Part shown: one piece after another, positions 28,683 through 38,476 of the stretch
Layout of the letters: every line of letters begins with the position of its first letter
How positions within the stretch are numbered: position 1 is the stretch's first letter
NCBI RefSeq assembly: GCF_032115815.1
Contig: NZ_JAUMBI010000032.1
Span: 1-62,641 of the forward strand
Source: Sandarakinorhabdus sp.
GTDB taxonomy: Bacteria > Pseudomonadota > Alphaproteobacteria > Sphingomonadales > Sphingomonadaceae
Direction of reading: 5' to 3'
Length of the DNA stretch: 62,641 nt
Translations under genes and position numbers: made by a program
The notes under the pieces: generated by a model
What the model saw: only the letters and a program-made list of their open reading frames with translations
The model's database searches: none
What the model was told of the DNA's origin: nothing

Positions 28683-28835
28683 TCAAAAGTCGACGGCGAT
28701 GCCACCCTTTTCCCAATCGCCATAGCGCACCGGATCGGGGCCCTTGCGACCGCCCACTTCCTTGTCGGTCGGTGGCGGCGGTGGGGCTTCCGGCTGCTTG
28801 TGGCGCGGATCGGGTGTGAGCTTGTCCTTGTCCAT
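28683..28835 (-). CDS. DUF1674 / SDHAF4-like small protein (50 aa)
   Basis: C-terminal signature KEVGGRKGPDPVRYGDWEKGGIAVDF. Confidence 0.9.
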   Translation of the reverse strand: MDKDKLTPDPRHKQPEAPPPPPTDKEVGGRKGPDPVRYGDWEKGGIAVDF

Positions 28836-28898
28836 AAGCCAGTGTTGCCACCGCCGGCCGCCTGTTAGCAATGGGGTGAAGCGAAGCAGGGGAGCCGC

Positions 28899-29726
28899 AT
28901 GTTCGAAAACAAGGTGATCGCCATTACCGGCGCCGGCAGCGGCATCGGGCGGGCGTTGGCGCTGAACCTGGCGGGGCGCGGCGCGGTGCTGGCGCTGGCC
29001 GACAAGGATGCGGACGGCTTGGCGGAGACCAAGCGGCTGCTCGGCAATCGGCCGGCAAGCATCACGGCGCTGGATGTGACCGACACGGCTGCGCTCAACG
29101 CCTGGGTTGCGGGCGCGGTGACGGATTTCGGCAAGCTGGATGGCATCATCAACAATGCCGGGCTCAGCGTGGTGGCGCCCTTTGCCGATTGCCCGGAAGC
29201 GGATTTCGACCGGGTGATGAACGTTAACTTCAATGCCGTGGTCGCCGGCTGCCGTGCGGCGCTGCCGCATGTCAGGTCCAGCGCCGCCAAGGACGGCGTG
29301 GGCTGGATCGTCAATATTTCCAGCGTGTTCGGCATGATGGGCTACCCCACCCAGAGCGCCTATAACGCCAGCAAATATGCGGTGCGCGGGCTCACCGAAG
29401 CCATGGCGCTGGAACTGGCGGTGACCGATCCCAATGTCGCCGTGATCCGCGTCCACCCCGGTGGCATCAAGACCAACGTCGCGAAGAACAGCAAGCAGAT
29501 CGCCCTGCTGCCCGGGCAGGATCCAAACACCGATTTCGCCGCCGAATTCGAGAAGAACGCGCCGACAACGCCCGAGCAGGCCGCCGAAACGATCGTCACC
29601 GGCATGGCCAAACGCAGCACCCGCGTGCTGATCGGCCCGGATGCGAAGTTCATCGATTGGATGGTGCGGCTGTTCCCGGTTTCCTATTTCAAGGTGATCG
29701 GCAATTTCCTTGGAAGGCGGAAATAG
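28899..29726 (+). CDS. SDR family oxidoreductase
   Basis: TGAGSGIG, NNAG, YNASK, HPGGIKT. Confidence 0.93.
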   Translation: MFENKVIAITGAGSGIGRALALNLAGRGAVLALADKDADGLAETKRLLGNRPASITALDVTDTAALNAWVAGAVTDFGKLDGIINNAGLSVVAPFADCPEADFDRVMNVNFNAVVAGCRAALPHVRSSAAKDGVGWIVNISSVFGMMGYPTQSAYNASKYAVRGLTEAMALELAVTDPNVAVIRVHPGGIKTNVAKNSKQIALLPGQDPNTDFAAEFEKNAPTTPEQAAETIVTGMAKRSTRVLIGPDAKFIDWMVRLFPVSYFKVIGNFLGRRK

Positions 29727-29764
29727 GTGGGAAAGCGCCCCCATTTGCGGCAAGGGGCGCGAGC

Positions 29765-31075
29765 ATGAACAACCCCCGCAAACCCGAACGCAAGCCGGAA
29801 CGCTCTGGCCGCCCGACCACCAATCGCGATGATACTGGCGTCGCCGCCCGACGCGCCGCACTCAAAATCGTGCAGGCGGTGCTCGATCGCGGCGCGCCCT
29901 TCGATGCCGCCACCAGCCACGCCGATGATCTGCCGCTGCCGCAGGATCGCGGTCTCGCCCGGCTACTGGCGTTGACCGTGCTGCGCTGGCTGCCGGAACT
30001 GGACGCGCTGATCGACAGCGCCACGCCGCGTCCGCTGCCCGTCGATGCCCGCGCCCGCCATGCGCTGCGCGTCGCGCTGGCCGGCTGGCTGAAGCTGGAA
30101 ACGCCGCCGCACGCCGTCGTCGCCACCGCGCTGCCGCTGGTGGAAGGCGGGCCGCGCCGGCTGGTGCATGGCGTTCTCGGCAGCCTGATCCGCCGCCCGG
30201 CCACCTTGCCGCCAACGCCGCGCCTGCCCGATCCGTTCGATGTCTATTGGGCGCGCGATTGGGGTGTCGCCGTCGCCGAAGCCGCCAGTGCCGCGCTGGC
30301 CGAAGAACCGGCGACCGATCTGACCCTGAAAGACCCGTCGCAGACCGAACACTGGGCGCAGGCGCTGGAGGGCATCAGCCTGGCCTCCGGCCATGTCCGC
30401 ACTGCGCGCAAGGGCAGCATTACCGAATGGCCCGGCTTTGCCGAAGGCGCCTGGTGGGTGCAGGATCTCGCCGCCAGCCTCCCGGCGCGGCTGCTGCCGG
30501 CCAAGGCGGGTGACCGCGTGCTTGATCTGTGCGCGGCACCGGGTGGCAAGACACTGCAACTGGCGGCGCGCGGCTGCCATGTCACCGCGCTTGACGTGTC
30601 CGATCACCGGCTGGAACGCGTGCGCGAGAATCTGGCCCGCACCGGGCTCACCGCCGATCTGGTTGCCGCCGATGCACTGCGCTGGCAACCGGAGGAGCTG
30701 TTCGATCATATCCTGATTGATGCGCCCTGTTCGGCAACCGGCATCTTCCGCCGCCATCCCGACGTTCTGCACCTGAAAGGCACCACCGATCTCGCGCCCG
30801 TCACGCTGTTACAGGCCGCCTTGCTGCGCCGCGCAGCGGCCTGGCTGAAACCCGGCGGCCGGCTGATCTATGCCACTTGCAGCCTGTTCCCGCAGGAAGG
30901 CGAGCGCATTGCCGAGCGCGTGATTGCCGGCCTGCCGCGCGAGATGATCGAGGCCAGCGAACTGCCGGCCGGCCTCATGCCCGCTGCAGACGGCTGGGTG
31001 CGCACCCTGCCCGGCCAGGTGGAGGGCGGTATCGACGGCTTCTTCATCGCCCGCTTCCGCAAACTGGACAGCTGA
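29765..31075 (+). CDS. rsmB: RsmB/NOP family 16S rRNA m5C methyltransferase
   Basis: NusB-like N-terminus, VQD, DLCAAPGGKT, DAPCSATG, YATCSL, DGFFIA. Confidence 0.9.
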   Translation: MNNPRKPERKPERSGRPTTNRDDTGVAARRAALKIVQAVLDRGAPFDAATSHADDLPLPQDRGLARLLALTVLRWLPELDALIDSATPRPLPVDARARHALRVALAGWLKLETPPHAVVATALPLVEGGPRRLVHGVLGSLIRRPATLPPTPRLPDPFDVYWARDWGVAVAEAASAALAEEPATDLTLKDPSQTEHWAQALEGISLASGHVRTARKGSITEWPGFAEGAWWVQDLAASLPARLLPAKAGDRVLDLCAAPGGKTLQLAARGCHVTALDVSDHRLERVRENLARTGLTADLVAADALRWQPEELFDHILIDAPCSATGIFRRHPDVLHLKGTTDLAPVTLLQAALLRRAAAWLKPGGRLIYATCSLFPQEGERIAERVIAGLPREMIEASELPAGLMPAADGWVRTLPGQVEGGIDGFFIARFRKLDS

Positions 31076-31083
31076 ACGCGAAA

Positions 31084-31116
31084 GGGGCGCTGCCGGGCCA
31101 TACCCGGCAGCGCCCC
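31084..31116 (-). terminator. Intrinsic terminator-like hairpin between convergent rsmB and the SWIB gene
   Basis: 14-bp perfect stem GGGGCGCTGCCGGG-CCATA-CCCGGCAGCGCCCC with a short U-run on the minus strand. Confidence 0.75.
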
Positions 31117-31138
31117 ACGCATGAAGTTTCCGAAGATC

Positions 31139-31408
31139 TTACTTCAGATATTGGGCGATGAACTTGTTCATTTCGAACATGGTGCATTCGTCCTTGCCGA
31201 ACACAGCCTTCAGCTTGGCATCGGCCACGATAACGCGCTTGTCGGTCGGCTTTTGCAGGTTGTTGGCGCGGATATAATCCCACACCTTGGCAACAACCTG
31301 GCCGCGCGGCAGCGGGCTGGCACCCACGATGACGGCGAGCGGGCCTTGCGGCGTCAGCGGCTTCATCAGCGCCGAGGTATTGCGTCCGCTCTTGGCTTCA
31401 GTGGCCAT
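31139..31408 (-). CDS. Stand-alone SWIB/MDM2 domain protein
   Basis: LAVIVG..PLPRGQVVAKVWDYIRANNLQ..DKRVIVADAKLKAVFG...MFEMNK; AAGGGG RBS. Confidence 0.92.
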   Translation of the reverse strand: MATEAKSGRNTSALMKPLTPQGPLAVIVGASPLPRGQVVAKVWDYIRANNLQKPTDKRVIVADAKLKAVFGKDECTMFEMNKFIAQYLK

Positions 31409-31594
31409 AAAATCCCCTTCTCGTGAAACACGCCCCGCGGGGGGCACCCTGCATCAGTTTTCCCCTGATGAATGGCTTAAAGCGGGCTTGTCCCCCACGG
31501 TGCAAGCGGAATTTTGTCATCGCACCGCAATATAGCGCGAAAAGACGCCAGAACGTGACTTTCGTGCCACTTTCGACCCTATCGCAACAGGCGG

Positions 31595-33655
31595 TCAGAA
31601 ACGACGCGTGAAGCGCAGCTGCCACCAGCGCGGTGGATTCAGCGTGGGCAGGCCGACCACCGCGCCTTCGGTCAGCATCTGGTCGAGGCAATTCTCGCAC
31701 TCCAGACTCATCAGCCAGCCACCATCGGGGATCTCCAGCTGCAGGGCTGCAGCCACCTGCCAACCGCCGGGCGACATCCCGTCGGTCAAACCGAGCGCCG
31801 GCCCAACCGCCATGGCACTGCGCCAGCGCGCGGCCACGCGCGGCACCAGCACGGAACCGGTGCCGACCAGCGGCTGCCGCCATGCCGCCGACAGGCTGGC
31901 CGTGGAGTCGGGCGCATAGAGCGGGCGCATGGGCGCTGTTGCCGGCACGGCTCCAGTCCAGCGCGCCTGCTGCCAACCCAGCGTCGCTGCCAGTTCCAGC
32001 CGGTCGAGCGGTCGCGCTTCCAGCGTCACGTCCGCCCCGTGATTGGTCATGTCGAGCCGCAGGGTCGCCGCCAAGGCCATCGCCAGCGGATCAATGCCGA
32101 ACAGCGGCGAAACCAAGGCCCGCGTCCGCGCCGCAAAGCCGCTGGCATCCAGCCGCACCCGGCCATCCCACAGTTCGGCCTTCATCCCAACCTGGTGGTG
32201 CCAGCCGGTTTCCGCCGGCAGCAAAACCAGTTCGGCGCTGGTGCGCGCCAGCAGGTTCCAGCCCGGCAGCCGGGCGCTGCGAGCGCTGCGGGCAAACAGC
32301 CGCCATTGCGGCGACGGCGCCCACGACAGCGCTAATTCGGGGGTAACCAGCGTGCGTTGCTGCCGGGCCGGGCCAGCGGGCACCAAGCACGCTATGGCAT
32401 TGGGCGCACAGGCCGGGCGGCGGTCGCTCACGGCCAGCGCCAGCGTCTGCCGGTCCACCCGCACCCCGGCCTCAAGCGCCAGGCCGTGGCCGGGTTCCAG
32501 CCTCATCTGGCCAAAGCCATGAACGCTGTCGCGGTTCTGGCTGATGCGGCGATCGGCGAGCACCAGGCCGGCCAGCGTGTCGGCCGCATCACGGCTTGTC
32601 TCAGCCGCGCTGAGACCGGCACCGGCGCGCAGGATAAGCACGCCCAGATCGGCCTGGCCGATCAGATCAAGCCCCGTTCTGTCCTCAACCGTGCGGGCAA
32701 TCAGGCCATATCCGCCGCCAACCGGCGCGGCCAGGCGCCTGTCTTCACCCAGATCAAGGCCAAGCTGTCCGGTCTGCCGCGCCAGCGTGCCGATCAGTTC
32801 CAGCCGCAGCGTCGCACGCTGATGCACCAGCCGCAAATCATACAACGCCACATCGGCGCGCTGGCCCGGCGGCTGCGTAGCGAGATCGGCCGACCCGGTG
32901 CTGGCAAAGCGCCCATCGCAATTCGCCGGCGCGTTTGGGTCACAGGCAAAGGCCGGCAGATTGCCGGCCTTGCTGCGGGCATAGAGGCTGGTCAGCGCCA
33001 GGCTCAGCGAGGGGGCCAGATCGATGTCGAGCGTGCCCGCCAGGCCGGCGCGCAAGCCGCGGTTGAGACGTTCACCAGTGGTGGTGTTGCGAAGCCAGCC
33101 CAGATCATGCTGGAGATGGCCGCCGAGCCCCAGCCGCACGCCCTTGGCCACCGGCACGTCGATCCGCGCCTGCGCCCTGCGGCTGCCGAACGCGCCGGCG
33201 GCAAATTCGCCAAGCCCTGCCAGGCGGTCACCCGGCCGGCGCAGCGACAGGCTGATGTCACCGGCCGCGCCAGCCAGCCCGCCGGCAGGAGCCACCAGCA
33301 ACAGATCATGATCGAACAGGCCGGCGAGCAGCAGCGGCGCGCCGGGTTGGGCCACTGGGCCGAAGGCGAGATCAGGCTGGCTGCGGCCATGGCGCACGAT
33401 AAGTGCGGCACTGCCATTGCCAGGGGCAGGGATGAGAATCAGGCCCGGAACGCTGGCCAGCGCTTCGGCCAGCGTGTCGGGTCCGGCGGCATCGCGCCGG
33501 GCGGGGCTGGCCCACCACAGACCGGCCGGCGCATCGGATGCGGCAAGGCCCAGCCAGCGGCCCTCAAGGCGTGGTTGGGCAACGGGATCGGGGACAGGAT
33601 CGGCAGCGAGCGCCGGAGCGGCGATCAGGCCGGCCAACAAGAACGCACGACGCAT
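31595..33655 (-). CDS. Atypical TonB-dependent-receptor-like outer-membrane beta-barrel
   Basis: Signal peptide, amphipathic strands, LEAGVRVD, TPELALSW, terminal Phe (PRWWQLRFTRRF); plug region short and divergent. Confidence 0.7.
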   Translation of the reverse strand: MRRAFLLAGLIAAPALAADPVPDPVAQPRLEGRWLGLAASDAPAGLWWASPARRDAAGPDTLAEALASVPGLILIPAPGNGSAALIVRHGRSQPDLAFGPVAQPGAPLLLAGLFDHDLLLVAPAGGLAGAAGDISLSLRRPGDRLAGLGEFAAGAFGSRRAQARIDVPVAKGVRLGLGGHLQHDLGWLRNTTTGERLNRGLRAGLAGTLDIDLAPSLSLALTSLYARSKAGNLPAFACDPNAPANCDGRFASTGSADLATQPPGQRADVALYDLRLVHQRATLRLELIGTLARQTGQLGLDLGEDRRLAAPVGGGYGLIARTVEDRTGLDLIGQADLGVLILRAGAGLSAAETSRDAADTLAGLVLADRRISQNRDSVHGFGQMRLEPGHGLALEAGVRVDRQTLALAVSDRRPACAPNAIACLVPAGPARQQRTLVTPELALSWAPSPQWRLFARSARSARLPGWNLLARTSAELVLLPAETGWHHQVGMKAELWDGRVRLDASGFAARTRALVSPLFGIDPLAMALAATLRLDMTNHGADVTLEARPLDRLELAATLGWQQARWTGAVPATAPMRPLYAPDSTASLSAAWRQPLVGTGSVLVPRVAARWRSAMAVGPALGLTDGMSPGGWQVAAALQLEIPDGGWLMSLECENCLDQMLTEGAVVGLPTLNPPRWWQLRFTRRF

Positions 33656-33669
33656 CGCGGCAGCGCCGC

Positions 33670-34149
33670 TCAGCGCGGGCCGTCGCGTCCTGTCGGCTGG
33701 CCGCCCAGCGGGCCGCCGCCGGCGCCGACCTGGCCCACGTTGCCGAACAGTTCCTGGAAGAAGCTTTCCGACTTGCCGAGCGTTGCGGTCTTGTCGTCAA
33801 CCGGGTTGATGCGGGCGATCTTTTCCATGCCGCGGCGCTGCACGGTCGACACATTGCCCTGCTCATCGAAGCTGACGATCAGGATCTGTTGCTGCAGGGT
33901 TTTCGGCGCGACAAAGGCATATTGTCCGGTAAGGCGGCTGACATAATACCAGCTGCCGGTATCGAACTGGGCGGCGAAGGTGGGCCGGCCCAAGGTGCGC
34001 GACACCGATTCGCGATTGTCCACACCCGGCAGGATCGAGGTGAACAGGGTTTCATCGATCAGATAGCCCTGCTGCGCTTTGATGCGCGAGCAGCCCGACG
34101 TAGCCAGAGCGGCGCCGATCAGGGCAATGGTGGCAAGTCTCGTCTTCAT
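33670..34149 (-). CDS. bamE: Outer membrane protein assembly factor BamE
   Basis: Lipobox LATSGC, GVDNRESVSRTLGRPTF, WYYVS. Confidence 0.9.
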   Translation of the reverse strand: MKTRLATIALIGAALATSGCSRIKAQQGYLIDETLFTSILPGVDNRESVSRTLGRPTFAAQFDTGSWYYVSRLTGQYAFVAPKTLQQQILIVSFDEQGNVSTVQRRGMEKIARINPVDDKTATLGKSESFFQELFGNVGQVGAGGGPLGGQPTGRDGPR

Positions 34150-34254
34150 CTCACACTCCAGCGGCCGCCCCAAGTTCGCTACGCCCCCGCTGCGACATTC
34201 TTCTTCGGCAAGTTCATTATGTCAGCCGGCGTGATTATGCTAGCGCCTCACGAC

Positions 34255-34803
34255 ATGGGATTGCTCGATAGCCTGAAACGTCTTGTTGGCGGCGCATCGC
34301 CGTCGGCGGTGGAACCACTGTATGCCGCCGTGGTGGCCGAAGCGCGGCAGCCGGCCTATTATGTTGAAGGCGAAGTACCCGATACGCTGGATGGCCGCTT
34401 CGACATGGTGGTGCTGGTGCTGTCGTTGCTGCTGCTGCGGCTGGAAGAGGTCGCCGTTGGCGATGCCCAGCACCCGGCGGCGCAGCTGTCCGCCGATCTG
34501 GCTGATCATTTCCTCACCGACATGGAAGGCAATCTGCGCCAGGACGGTATCGGCGATCAGGTGATCCCCAAGCATATGGGCCGCATGATGGCAGCCTTGG
34601 GTGGCCGGATCGGCGCCTATCGCGACGCGCGCGGCGATGCCGAAGCCATGGGCCAGGCCCTGCGCCGCAACCTCTATCGCGGCGAACCGGTGGCCGATGC
34701 CGCCGTCGCTTTCGTGGCCGCGGCGGCGTTGCGCCTGTGGAGCCGCTTGTCTGCCACCCCCTATGACCGGCTGGCCGCCGGCCAGCTGGAGCCAAACGCG
34801 TGA
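34255..34803 (+). CDS. Ubiquinol-cytochrome c chaperone (Cbp3/UQCC1 family)
   Basis: LYAAVVAEARQP, VPDTLDGRFDM, DMEGNLRQDGIGD, ALRRNLY. Confidence 0.9.
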   Translation: MGLLDSLKRLVGGASPSAVEPLYAAVVAEARQPAYYVEGEVPDTLDGRFDMVVLVLSLLLLRLEEVAVGDAQHPAAQLSADLADHFLTDMEGNLRQDGIGDQVIPKHMGRMMAALGGRIGAYRDARGDAEAMGQALRRNLYRGEPVADAAVAFVAAAALRLWSRLSATPYDRLAAGQLEPNA

Positions 34804-35300
34804 GCAACGCCGCCCCTGAATTCAGTCACATCGTGCGCGCCCACGAAATCGGCAGCCCCAAGCAGCATATGCTGGAAGCCGATGCCGGCGAACGCGCCGC
34901 GCTGGCCACGCGCTTCATCCTGCTCAGCCTTGATCGGCTGACGGCGGCGCTGGAGGTGAAGCGCGAGTCGCGCGGCATCCGCATCACAGGCGAAGTAAAC
35001 GGCGCCGGCAACCAGCCGTGCGTGGCCAGCGGCGAACCAGTACCGTTCCTGGTGAAGGAACGCATTGCGCTGCTGCTGACTGAGGCCACGCCTGGGGGCG
35101 GCGAGATCGAGCTTTCGAGCGCCGATCTCGAGGTTGAACCATTGGACGGTGACATCGTCGATCTGGGCGAGATTGCCGCCCAGGCCCTTGCGCTCGGCCT
35201 TGATCCCTATCCGCGCTTGCCGGTCAGCGTGCCTGGCGTGATCAGCGAAGACGAAGCGGTGGCCCTGCGCAGCCCATTTGCGGTGCTGAAGAAGAGCTGA
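34800..35300 (+). CDS. YceD/DUF177 family protein
   Basis: ERAALATRF, QPCVASGEP, DLGEIAAQALALGLDPYPR, SPFAVL. Confidence 0.88.
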   Translation: MSNAAPEFSHIVRAHEIGSPKQHMLEADAGERAALATRFILLSLDRLTAALEVKRESRGIRITGEVNGAGNQPCVASGEPVPFLVKERIALLLTEATPGGGEIELSSADLEVEPLDGDIVDLGEIAAQALALGLDPYPRLPVSVPGVISEDEAVALRSPFAVLKKS

Positions 35301-35317
35301 ACCTCAGAACGGCCCGA

Positions 35318-35845
35318 TCAGAACGGAACATCGTCGTCGAGATCGTCGTCAAACGCGCCTGGGCGCTTGCCGCCACCCGCCGGGGCACCACCAAAGCCGC
35401 CGCCGGCCGGCGCGCCGCCATAACCGCCGCCACCGCCGAAATCATCGGCACCACGACCGCCGCCGCCGCCCATGCCGCCGCCACCACCGCCTTCACGACC
35501 GCCGATCAGCGTCAGTTCACCCTTGAACGGGCCAATCACGATTTCGGTGGTGTAACGGTCAGCGCCGTTCTGATCCTGCCATTTGCGCGTGGCGATCGAG
35601 CCTTCGATGTAAACCTCGCTGCCCTTGCGCAGATATTGCGTGGCAACCCGGCCGATATTCTCGTTGCGAATGACGATGTTGTGCCACTCGGTCTTTTCCT
35701 TGCGCTCGCCGGTGGCCTTGTCGCGCCAGTTTTCCGACGTGGCCATGGTGAACTGCACCACGGTGCCGCCATTGGCAAAGGTCTTCGATTCCGGATCCTT
35801 GCCCAGCCGTCCGACCAGGATCACCTTGTTCACGCCCGCCATCAT
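35318..35845 (-). CDS. ssb: Single-stranded DNA-binding protein
   Basis: [19 protein letters not shown], Gly-rich linker, DDDVPF tail. Confidence 0.98.
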   Translation of the reverse strand: MMAGVNKVILVGRLGKDPESKTFANGGTVVQFTMATSENWRDKATGERKEKTEWHNIVIRNENIGRVATQYLRKGSEVYIEGSIATRKWQDQNGADRYTTEIVIGPFKGELTLIGGREGGGGGGMGGGGGRGADDFGGGGGYGGAPAGGGFGGAPAGGGKRPGAFDDDLDDDVPF

Positions 35846-35975
35846 TATCTCCCTATCTTGCTGCGAACCCTAGCGCCGGGGCACAGGCGAAGCAATGTGG
35901 TGGCGGCTTGTCCACTTGCCTTTGCTGTGGATTTCACGCCAAACATTGCCCTGTTCAAAGGCACCGGGGGGCTTG

Positions 35976-37058
35976 ATGTCTGACCAGATCGAAGCGGCCG
36001 GTGCCCTGGTCACGGCAGGCCTCGCTGCCAATGCGCTGGATCAGCCGGCGGGCAGCGGCGGCGCGCACGGCGGTGCCTGTACCAATTGCGGCGCGGCGCT
36101 CATCGGGCCGTTCTGCGGCCAGTGCGGCCAGCGCGCCCATTTGCACCGCAGCGTGGGCGACGTGTTCCACGAATTCCTGCACGGCATCACGCATTTCGAC
36201 GGCAAGGCCTGGACCACGTTGCCGATGCTGCTGTTCCGGCCGGGCAAGCTGATCCGCAGCTATATCGACGGCCACCGCGCCCGCTATGTCACGCCGGTAC
36301 CGCTGTTCCTGATGGTCATCTTCCTGATGTTCTTTGTGCTGTCGTTCGTCAGCATCAACGATACGGTGGGCGTGGGCAATCAGGATGCCGGCAAGGCTGC
36401 CGTTGCCAGCGACCAGGCCGGCATTGTCAAGGCGCTGGCCGATATCGATGCCGGCATTGTTGAAGCCAAGGCCAAGGGTGACACGGCAAAACTGGCTGAG
36501 CTCGAGGCCGGTCGCCGCCTGGTGACAACCGTTGGCGTACCGGGCGCCAATGTCAGCATCACCGACAAGATCGCCGACGAGATTGAAGTCGCCGCCCGGT
36601 CAGGCAAGCTGAAGGTCAATACGGGCATCAAGGCGCTGGACGCCAAGGGCAGCGAGGCCCTGAAGAATCCGCGGTTGGTGCTCTACAAATTGCAGACCAA
36701 GGCCTATAAACTCAGCTTCCTGCTGGTGCCGATGTCGCTGCCGTGGCTGTGGCTGGTCTTCCTGTGGAAACGCGGTGTTGGCCTGTATGATCATGCCATT
36801 TTCGCTCTCTATTCGATAAGCTTCATGAGCCTGCTGTTCATTGCCGGCAGCCTGGCGTTGACAGCTGACATCGTGACTGAAGCCTTCTGGGTCCCGCTGC
36901 TGCTGGCGCCCTCGCTGCACATGTTCGTCGCGCTGCGCGGTGCCTATGGCCTTGGCGTGTTTGGCGCCGGCTGGCGCACCATCTATATGTCGATCGCCGC
37001 GGCCTTCACACTCAGCCTCTATTTCCTGATCCTGATCGTGCTTGGCGTGTTCGACTGA
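35976..37058 (+). CDS. DUF3667 domain membrane protein
   Basis: Zn-ribbon CTNCG...FCGQCGQ, LFRPGKLIRSYIDGHRARYVTP, C-terminal TM helices. Confidence 0.88.
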   Translation: MSDQIEAAGALVTAGLAANALDQPAGSGGAHGGACTNCGAALIGPFCGQCGQRAHLHRSVGDVFHEFLHGITHFDGKAWTTLPMLLFRPGKLIRSYIDGHRARYVTPVPLFLMVIFLMFFVLSFVSINDTVGVGNQDAGKAAVASDQAGIVKALADIDAGIVEAKAKGDTAKLAELEAGRRLVTTVGVPGANVSITDKIADEIEVAARSGKLKVNTGIKALDAKGSEALKNPRLVLYKLQTKAYKLSFLLVPMSLPWLWLVFLWKRGVGLYDHAIFALYSISFMSLLFIAGSLALTADIVTEAFWVPLLLAPSLHMFVALRGAYGLGVFGAGWRTIYMSIAAAFTLSLYFLILIVLGVFD

Positions 37059-38441
37059 TCATTCGGCGGCGGGCGGCAGCAGCATTCCGGTCGCAAGTTC
37101 TCCCGATGTTGGCAGCATCGGCACCTGGGCCACAGGAACCAGCTCGGTCAGATCATCCAGCCCGGTGGCCGCCCCCATGTCCTTGAAGCGCCGGGCCCGC
37201 GCCATCACGCGCGAATCTGCCTGGCCCACCAGCTTGTTCCAATTGCCCACCGCGCCTTCCAGCGACTTCTGCACGGCGGCGAAATTGCCCCCCATGATGC
37301 GCAGCGAATCATAAAGGTCGCGGCCCAGCTTGGCGATTTCGGCGGCTTCCTTGGCCAGCCGCGCCTGATCGCGCAGCGCTCCCACCGTGCGCGCCACGGC
37401 AACCAGATTGACCGGGCCGGCCAACACGACCTGGCGCTTGAAGAAGTCATTCATCAGCCCGCGATCCTGTTCCAGCGCAGCCCCCAGGAAATTCTCGCCG
37501 GGCACGAACAGCACGACAAATTCCACCGCACCGCCAACCGCCTTGGCATAGTCCTTCTTGGCCAGACCATCCGCATGGGTTCGCACGGCGCGGGCGTGCG
37601 CGGCCAGATAGGTCTGCCGCGCGGCAATATCATCGCATTCGGCCGCACTCACATAGGCGTCGATCGAACATTTCACGTCGATCACCAGCACACGCCCGCC
37701 CGGCAGGTTGATCTTGAAATCCGGGCGCTGCTGCTTGCCATCCTCGCCATCGACCGACCATTGCGTTTCGAAATCAATGCCTTCCACCAGGCCGGCGGCT
37801 TCCAGCACATTGCGGCACTGTTCCTCGCCCCAGCGCCCGGCCACCTTGCCGGACGACCGCAGCGCGGTTTCCAGCTTGGCCGCCGCGCCGCTCACCCGTT
37901 CCTGTCCCAGCACGACATTGGCCAGCTGCGCCTTCAGGTTGCCATAGGCTTCGTTGCGCGCTGCTTCCACTTCGCCCAGCCGGCTTTCATATTTGACCAG
38001 CGTGTCCTTCACTGGCGCGATCAGTTCGGCCAATTGGTTGCGATTGGCTTCCAGGCCGGCCCCGGCCGCTTCGCGGTGCCTGGCCATCAGTTGCTCGGCG
38101 CTTTCCGCCAGCTTGGTCTGCGCCGCTTCCAGCGCTTTGCCGGCCAACGCCCCGAACGTTTCCTGCAGTCGCGCCAGTTCGGACGCGTGGGCACGGTCAC
38201 GCTCGCTCTGGCTGGCCTTGATCGCAGCAAGCTCGTTGGCCAAGGTTTCGCGCGCCTGCTCGGCACCTTCCAACGCCGCCAGCCGTTTCTGCTGCATTTC
38301 GATCTCGACGGCCGAACGGCCAATGGTTTCCCGGTGCAGCGCCGCTTCGGCACGCAGGGCCGCCAACTGCCGCGCGGCCACAAGCCAGCCAAGGGCGGCG
38401 CCAAACAACAACGCGACAAGGGCGATCAGGATTTCGGTCAA
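37059..38441 (-). CDS. rmuC: DNA recombination protein RmuC
   Basis: N-terminal TM and coiled coil, GRWGE, RPDFKINLPGG, IDVK, FVVLFVPGENF; TTG start behind AGAGGA. Confidence 0.93.
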   Translation of the reverse strand: MTEILIALVALLFGAALGWLVAARQLAALRAEAALHRETIGRSAVEIEMQQKRLAALEGAEQARETLANELAAIKASQSERDRAHASELARLQETFGALAGKALEAAQTKLAESAEQLMARHREAAGAGLEANRNQLAELIAPVKDTLVKYESRLGEVEAARNEAYGNLKAQLANVVLGQERVSGAAAKLETALRSSGKVAGRWGEEQCRNVLEAAGLVEGIDFETQWSVDGEDGKQQRPDFKINLPGGRVLVIDVKCSIDAYVSAAECDDIAARQTYLAAHARAVRTHADGLAKKDYAKAVGGAVEFVVLFVPGENFLGAALEQDRGLMNDFFKRQVVLAGPVNLVAVARTVGALRDQARLAKEAAEIAKLGRDLYDSLRIMGGNFAAVQKSLEGAVGNWNKLVGQADSRVMARARRFKDMGAATGLDDLTELVPVAQVPMLPTSGELATGMLLPPAAE

Positions 38442-38476
38442 GTGCAGATCCTCTGACGGGCTTCCAGCAGAAACAG

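Noticed and set aside
33538-34254. N-terminal extension of the Cbp3-like ORF (similar cases at 40135..41841, 21123..22487 and 28683..29861)
   Set aside because: The extensions overlap real genes on the opposite strand; they are not fusions.
4056-34803. Co-occurrence of mitochondrial-homologue genes (Atm1, Mic60-like, SDHAF4-like, Cbp3) as one system
   Set aside because: They are scattered across unrelated operons and are expected in any alphaproteobacterial core genome.
35370-35495. CCG/CCA-rich low-complexity tract resembling a tandem repeat
   Set aside because: Encodes the normal Gly-rich linker of SSB.
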